64,000 nucleotides of DNA, from NCBI GenBank assembly GCA_951406725.2, contig OX597837.1, positions 9,052,001-9,116,000 on the forward strand, written 5' to 3'. Origin of the DNA: Octopus vulgaris. Its lineage: Eukaryota. Shown in pieces: positions 57,357-64,000 of this stretch. A program made the position numbers and the translations under genes. The notes beneath the pieces were generated by a model. It worked only from the letters and a program-made list of their open reading frames with translations. It did no database searches and was not told where the DNA came from. The number at the start of each line of letters is the position of its first letter. Position 1 is the first letter of the stretch.

Positions 57357-57568
57357 TTAGCAAGCCGGGCGAAATGCTTCGCAGCATTTCGTCTGCAGTT
57401 ACGTTCTGAGTTCAAATTCCGCCGAGGTCGACTTTGCCTTTCATCCTTTCAGGGTCGATTAAAATACGTACCAGTTACGCACTGGGGTCGATATAATCAA
57501 CTTAATCCGTCTGTCTGTCCTTGGTTGTCCTCTCTAGTTTTAGCCCCTTGTGGGCAATAAAGAAATAA
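57357..57568 (+). mobile_element. SINE family A monomer
   Basis: Body and gtgggcaataaagaaata tail. Confidence 0.85.
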
Positions 57569-57821
57569 GAAAATGAGAAATAACTGGTCCTTTCCATTAC
57601 ATGTGCAACGCATTTTGCCAGCCGTGTGGAAATAAATGTCTTGCTCAGGGACACAAAGCCCCACCGAGAATCGCGCTCACAACCATACGATTGTGAGCTA
57701 CGCAACCCTAAACACTAAACCATGGTCCTTCACGAAAAGTTGAGGCTTAACTAATCATTACCTCATTTCAGGGTGAACACTCCGTCGTGCCCATCATTTT
57801 TTAGTCGTTACTATCTATATA

Positions 57822-58420
57822 TATTTCTTTACCACCCACAAGGAGCTAAACACAGAGAGAACAAACAAAGACAGAGAGACGGATTAGGTCGATTACATTG
57901 ACCCTAGTGCGTAACTGGTACTTAATTTATCGACCCCGAAAGGATGAATGGTAAAGTCGACCTCGGTGGAATTTGAACTCAGAATGTAGCGGTAGACGAA
58001 ATACTTATTTCTTTACTACCCACAAGAGGCTAAACACAGAGAGAACAAACAGGGACAGAGAAACGGATTAAGTCTATTACATTGACTCCAGTGCGTAACT
58101 GGTACTTATGCAATCAACACCGAAAGGATGAAAGGCAAAGTCGACCTCGGCGGAATTTGAACTCAGAACGTAGTGGCAGACGAAATACCTATTTCTTTAT
58201 TACCCACAAGGGGCTAAACACAGAGAGGACAAACAAGGACAGACAAAGGGATTAAGTCGATTACATCGACCCCAGTGCGTAACTGGTACTTAATTTATCG
58301 ACCCCGAAAGGATGAAAGGCAAAGTGGACCTCGGTGGAATTTGAACTCAGAACGTAACGACAGACGAAATACCGCTAAGCATTTCGCCCGGCGTGCTAAC
58401 GTGTCTGCCAGCTCGCCGCC
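57822..58420 (-). mobile_element. SINE family A head-to-tail trimer, 184-bp period
   Basis: Units start at 57822, 58006 and 58190. Only the rightmost carries the 5' head ggcggcgagctggcag. Confidence 0.9.
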
Positions 58421-58744
58421 CTCTATCTATATATATACGTCCAACACACCCCACTCATTCACCATCCGTTTTGCTCATAACTTTCGGCTTTTATTTTTTA
58501 TATTGTACACGTTTCAGATATTGGACTGCAGCCATGCCGGAGCACCGCCATGAAGGGTTTATGCAGAAGTACTCAGTTACGAGGCTGAAACAAAGCGCAA
58601 CAACGGTTGCCAACGGTGGAGTGACAAATACAAAGACGGACATACACGCACAAATCACACACACACATACACAAACCATATACACATACACACAACACAG
58701 AAACACACAAACAGACAAAAAAAAAAAACACAACACACACACAC

Positions 58745-58785
<41 letters not shown>

Positions 58786-59270
58786 GACGACCTTCTACGC
58801 AGTCTCTGTCTTTCAAATTTAATCACATGCCATTGGTTGGCTCAACTGAAACCAAAACCATGTGGCTCCAAAGACAGCTTCTTAGCCATGGAGCCTTGCA
58901 AGTCTCTTTGTTGAATTATCACAAGACTTCGCTTAATTCTAAATCTTAATGGATGTCTAGAAACTCTCTCTCCATTTTTCGCTTTCCTGCGACCTCTCAT
59001 GGCAGACCACAGTTTTCGTTCTGACCATATTTTCATTTCTGTTCTGTTCTTTCTTTCTTTTAGTTGTTACATTCATGTGATTACGGCCATTCTGGGGCAC
59101 CACTTTGAAGGATTTTTAGGCGAACAATTCGATCCCAGAATTTATAATTTTTAAAGGCTTGTACTCATTCTCTTTCGACGAACCTCTACCTTACGGGGAC
59201 GCAAACCCACCAATACCAGTTGTGAAACTATGATGGGGACAAACACAGACAAAAAGACACGGACATACAC

Positions 59271-59356
<86 letters not shown>

Positions 59357-59363
59357 ATATATG

Positions 59364-59401
<38 letters not shown>

Positions 59402-59988
59402 GACATATATATATATATATATGTATATACATACATACATATATATGTATGTGTATGCGAGTGTATTTATGCATATGTGCGCGCATATATAAAAAGAAGT
59501 TTTAGAGAAAGAGAGAGAGAGGTGGGATATGCGTATAGATCAATCAGAGACGAGATAGTTAAACAGGTAAACACATTAACACCTATTTATATTTACTACG
59601 TATATAATTTTATTTATATATGCATTTTGGTGGTACGGATTCTGTTAGTATATCACAAACACACTCTTACACACAAACACACTCTTACACACAAAGACAC
59701 ACCAACATACACAAGCATACATTCAAACACGCACACAACTACACACGGGCGCGTGGGCAGTAAGGTATATAAAATTGCAATGCGTGTGATATGAGTAAAA
59801 CATCTGTCCGGACTCTCTCTTGCATATATACATATATAGACGCACACATACTTGCGTGAATAAATATGTAAAAATTTACATATACATGTACGTACTTATA
59901 TATATATCCATGCGTAGTGAAACAGAAATTAAGAAAGAGCCATTAAAATATTCTGTACAGATCGTTCCATATTTACAGCGACTGTGTT

Positions 59989-60146
<158 letters not shown>

Positions 60147-60285
60147 GTATGTATATATGTATGTATGTATGTATGTATATATATACATATTTATAGTTAG
60201 AGAGATATTTTTATATGTTTATATATTTGCATATTTACATACATGCACACATACATGCATACTAAGCTACCTACCTAATACAACT

Positions 60286-60338
<53 letters not shown>

Positions 60339-60435
60339 TTATATATATATATATATGTAAATATATATATATGTATATACGTATATATATATATATTTAC
60401 GTTTATGCATGTATATGAATGTATATATATGTATA

Positions 60436-60486
<51 letters not shown>

Positions 60487-61561
60487 TTATATATATATAA
60501 ATATATATACATATATATGCACTTAAGCATATATGTGTCTGCATGTGTGTGTGCGCACGTCTGTGTATGTGGTTGGGTATGTGCATATTTTTATGTGTTT
60601 ATACACATAGGAATGCATGTATGTGAATACGTGAGGAAATATGTGTGTGTGTGTGTGTGTGTATATGTGTACTATACATTAGTTTGTGTGTGTACGTCTA
60701 TAACTTTTCTACGCCATTTTATTTTCATTTTGAATAATATTTCAGAATATGCGGTCGATACATGCAACATTCTCATTAATTCTTGCATCCACCCCGACAA
60801 AGCTTTTATGTCTTTCCCGCCCATTCACCCCGATCGCTATAACCTGTAACACTCCTATAGATAGTTTAGTCGCGCAGCCCTCCACCCGTAACATATGTTT
60901 CATGTGGAGCTCGTTTGGCTACGAATATTCTAGTCTTTTACGTTTGCAGTTGAAAAAATAATCTGACTGATGAGAAATGGTTTTGATTTTAGCCAACGTG
61001 ACAGCATTTAAAACGTTGTTTGATCTGCTAAAAACAACAGCCAAATGCCCCTGAAATAAAGCTGACCAGTCGAAGGGTACTTAACACTTGTCATTCCTGC
61101 GCCATTTTTCGCGAAGTATTTAGCTTTTATTTTTCATTTGTTTCGGTCATTACACCGCGGCCATGCTGTGGCTCTGCCTTGAAGGGTTGTTTAGTCGAAG
61201 GGCTGTTCAATCGACATCCGTACAGATGTTGCTTTAATTAAAATTTTGGGACCTATTATTATATTGGTCTCATTTGTCGGGCAACTAAGTTACGGGGAAG
61301 GAAACAAGCTAACAGCGGTTGTCGTGCGGTGCAGGAGCACTAAAACTAGTGACATGCACACATATAAACACACACACACACACATATATATATACATACA
61401 TACATATATATTTTATAAATATCATTTACTTCTTTCTGTTATTTGACTGCCGCGATATTGTGGCACCGCCCCAAATAATTTTTCAATGGAATGAAACAAC
61501 CCAAGTGTATATTCTTTAAAGCCTGGCTTGTACTCTATTAATCACTTCATCGAGCCGCTAA

Positions 61562-61632
<71 letters not shown>

Positions 61633-61962
61633 TATATATATACACACACACACACATATATATATATATATGTATATATAACTTTCTAGGCGCTGGCGTA
61701 ATTCTGTGGTAAGAAGCTTGTTTACCAAACGCTTGGATCCGGGCAAATGTCTTCTGCTATAGCCTCGGGTCAACCAAAGACTTGTGAGTGGAGTTGGTAG
61801 AAGAAAACTGAAAGAAGCCCGTCGTGAATATGTATGTATATATGTATATCTATATCTATATGTCTGTCGCTCAACAATGTTTGACAACCGATGTTGGCGT
61901 GTTTATATCCCCGTAACCTAACGGTTCGTAAACTGAAGTGGGATTCGAGAGCTCAGACTGTG

Positions 61963-62013
<51 letters not shown>

Positions 62014-62806
62014 ACAGCAGTAGTAGTAGCAGCAGCAGCAGCAGCAGTAGCGGTTGTGGTGGTGATAGTGGTGGTGATGGTGGTGGCGGTGGTGGCGGTG
62101 GTGCTGGTGGTGGTTCTGTTGGTGGTAATGTTTGCACCTATAATCCAAACTGCCTCCATTTTCTCAATTTAATGATGTTTGGGGATTGGAATGTGGGCAA
62201 ACGTACCTTCGTCGAAATATTCACTCACTTGAAAAGGTTAAATTCTTTGAATAGGTCCTGCACTTGATCGAAGAACTGGAACATTTCCACTTCGGAACCA
62301 ATGACAATGCATCTTTCGTTCTTGGAATTGATTGAGGCTGGTGCTGTTGTATATGGAGTTTCTCAGCGGAGTTTCTGGCAGCAGAGGAAATGACACGGTT
62401 TATGTATTTTCTAGGTTGTCAGTTAAATATTGTATTGTTGTCTTGAACATGTGGGATAAATTCTTGGAATGAAGACAATCATAAATATTATTCTATAAAC
62501 AGCAACGGCGATAATGATGCTGACACACAACGAAACGCCATAATAAAGGTCACCATTGCGTTGGAACAACAGAGCTTTGGAAAGTTCATGTTTGGAAAAT
62601 TACCAAAATTATTTCAACTAAGGTAAAGATGCGTCTTGGAGAGAGACAATGATGTCACCGTATACGGAAGTACATATCAAAAATGCTAGTATATAGCAGT
62701 ATATATATATATATAACAAAACTGGGAGGAAGGGAAGTGGGACGAAACGACGAATCGAATCGACCCTGACGCGAACGCGCTGTCAGACAATAATGTAATA
62801 AATAAA

Positions 62807-63296
62807 TAAAATATATGCATGCATACAAACATATATGTACGTACCTACATCTACATGTATATAAACATGCATATATAAATATATATACGTGAGTACAGGA
62901 CACTGCAACTAGACGTAGAACTCAACGAAAAACGAAAACGGACAAGCCATATTTTTACAACAAAAAAACAGAGACGAAACGGAAACGGGAAAAACATTAT
63001 TTTTTACAACAGAAAAACAAGGTACAGGACAAACCACACAGGAAAAATCCCCAGTTCATCAGCTGTCTCTAGCTAACTCAAGCGTGTTTCGAAGGATAAA
63101 ACAGGACACGACTCGTCAATCCGTTTCGTCTCTGTTTTTTTGTTGTAAAAATATGGCTTGTATGTTTTCGTTTTTCGTTGAGTTCTACGTCTAGTTGCAG
63201 TGTCCTGTACTCACGTATATATATTTATATATGCATGTATATATACATGTATATGTAGGTACGTACATATATGTTTGTATGCATGCATATATTTTA
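62807..63296. repeat. Inverted repeat, 177-bp arms, 136-bp spacer
   Basis: 62807-62983 is the reverse complement of 63120-63296 with a few mismatches. Body is related to 35270-35540. Confidence 0.95.
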
Positions 63297-63311
63297 ATTA
63301 TTACACACACG

Positions 63312-63343
<32 letters not shown>

Positions 63344-63463
63344 AAATATTAAATTAGAGATAAAACCACCATTACTAATTTAATATAATATATATTTATA
63401 CTATAAAATTGGATTTAATCCTGAATCTAATTTTTCCCTGTAAGTTTAGATTTACTCCCTAAT

Positions 63464-63495
<32 letters not shown>

Positions 63496-63497
63496 TA

Positions 63498-63549
<52 letters not shown>

Positions 63550-63737
63550 TTCCCACCCCCTCTCCTCATCAGCCTTCTTCTTCTTCTACCCTACCAAGAA
63601 TTCACAACGACCTCGAACACACAAGTGCAAACAAGGGAGACAGAGAAAGGCAGAATGCCACTTATATTTGAACACTATACAAATATTCCTTTAAAAAAAC
63701 TTTTCTTCTAATTTTTCTAAATTTAATTATTTAATCG

Positions 63738-63781
63738 TTACAGTTGAAAAGGTCTCAAAATGACCGAAACCGGTACTGGAA
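63738..63781 (+). ncRNA. Minimal hammerhead ribozyme with compensatory U3-A8 core
   Basis: UUaCAG-UUGAAAA-GGUC ucaaaau GACC-GAAA-CCGG-UA-CUGgAA. Confidence 0.65.
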
Positions 63782-64000
63782 TGTTCTTTATAAAATTATT
63801 TTAGCATTTTCTATTTTGACTTGTTTTTTCATATATATATATATATATATATATTATGTATGTACGTATGCATATATGTATGTATGTATTATGTATGTAT
63901 GTTTAATTATAATTAAGTGCATAGATAAATGTATCCCATATGCTGGAAAGTGACTCTAAGTCGAAAAGTAACACACGTGTTGAAATCAACGGAGTAATCT

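Noticed and set aside
57822-58420. Regularly spaced repeats suggestive of a CRISPR-like array
   Set aside because: Units are full tandem copies without unique spacers, in eukaryotic SINE context
62130-62400. Complex sequence with exon-like minus-strand splice signals and a GVSQRS motif on plus
   Set aside because: All minus frames hit stops between the candidate splice sites, and the RT-like motif is too weak
63045-63100. Minus-strand GAAA...CUGAUGA, a possible permuted (type II) hammerhead
   Set aside because: Stems I and III cannot be formed convincingly in this copy

Overview
AT-rich eukaryotic genomic DNA dominated by (TA)n, (TATG)n, (TATC)n, (TTA)n, (GAT)n and (GGT)n microsatellites and interspersed repeats. 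The SINE and microsatellite landscape looks like an octopus/coleoid cephalopod genome (inference, no search run). No intact protein-coding gene is supported, and nearly all ORFs in the supplied track are microsatellite translations. Recognisable content: three tRNA-type SINE families (one forming head-to-tail multimers with a fixed junction), six R4/Dong-type RLE LINE fragments mostly at (TAA)n tracts, two non-autonomous Helitrons, two complementary halves of a DD37D (maT) transposase in swapped order 12 kb apart, a mariner remnant, a 5S rRNA pseudogene, and Penelope-like relics. The latter are associated with several minimal hammerhead ribozyme motifs (one canonical, one with a compensatory U3-A8 core, two with A6U) and long near-perfect palindromes. 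One compact Pol II promoter-like module (TATA, RFX X-box, CRE, CCAAT) points leftward at about 36.8 kb, next to a 1.4-kb higher-order (GGT/ACC) repeat, with a pre-miRNA-like hairpin about 6 kb downstream. All alignments and folds were done by eye, so coordinates of degenerate repeats are approximate.
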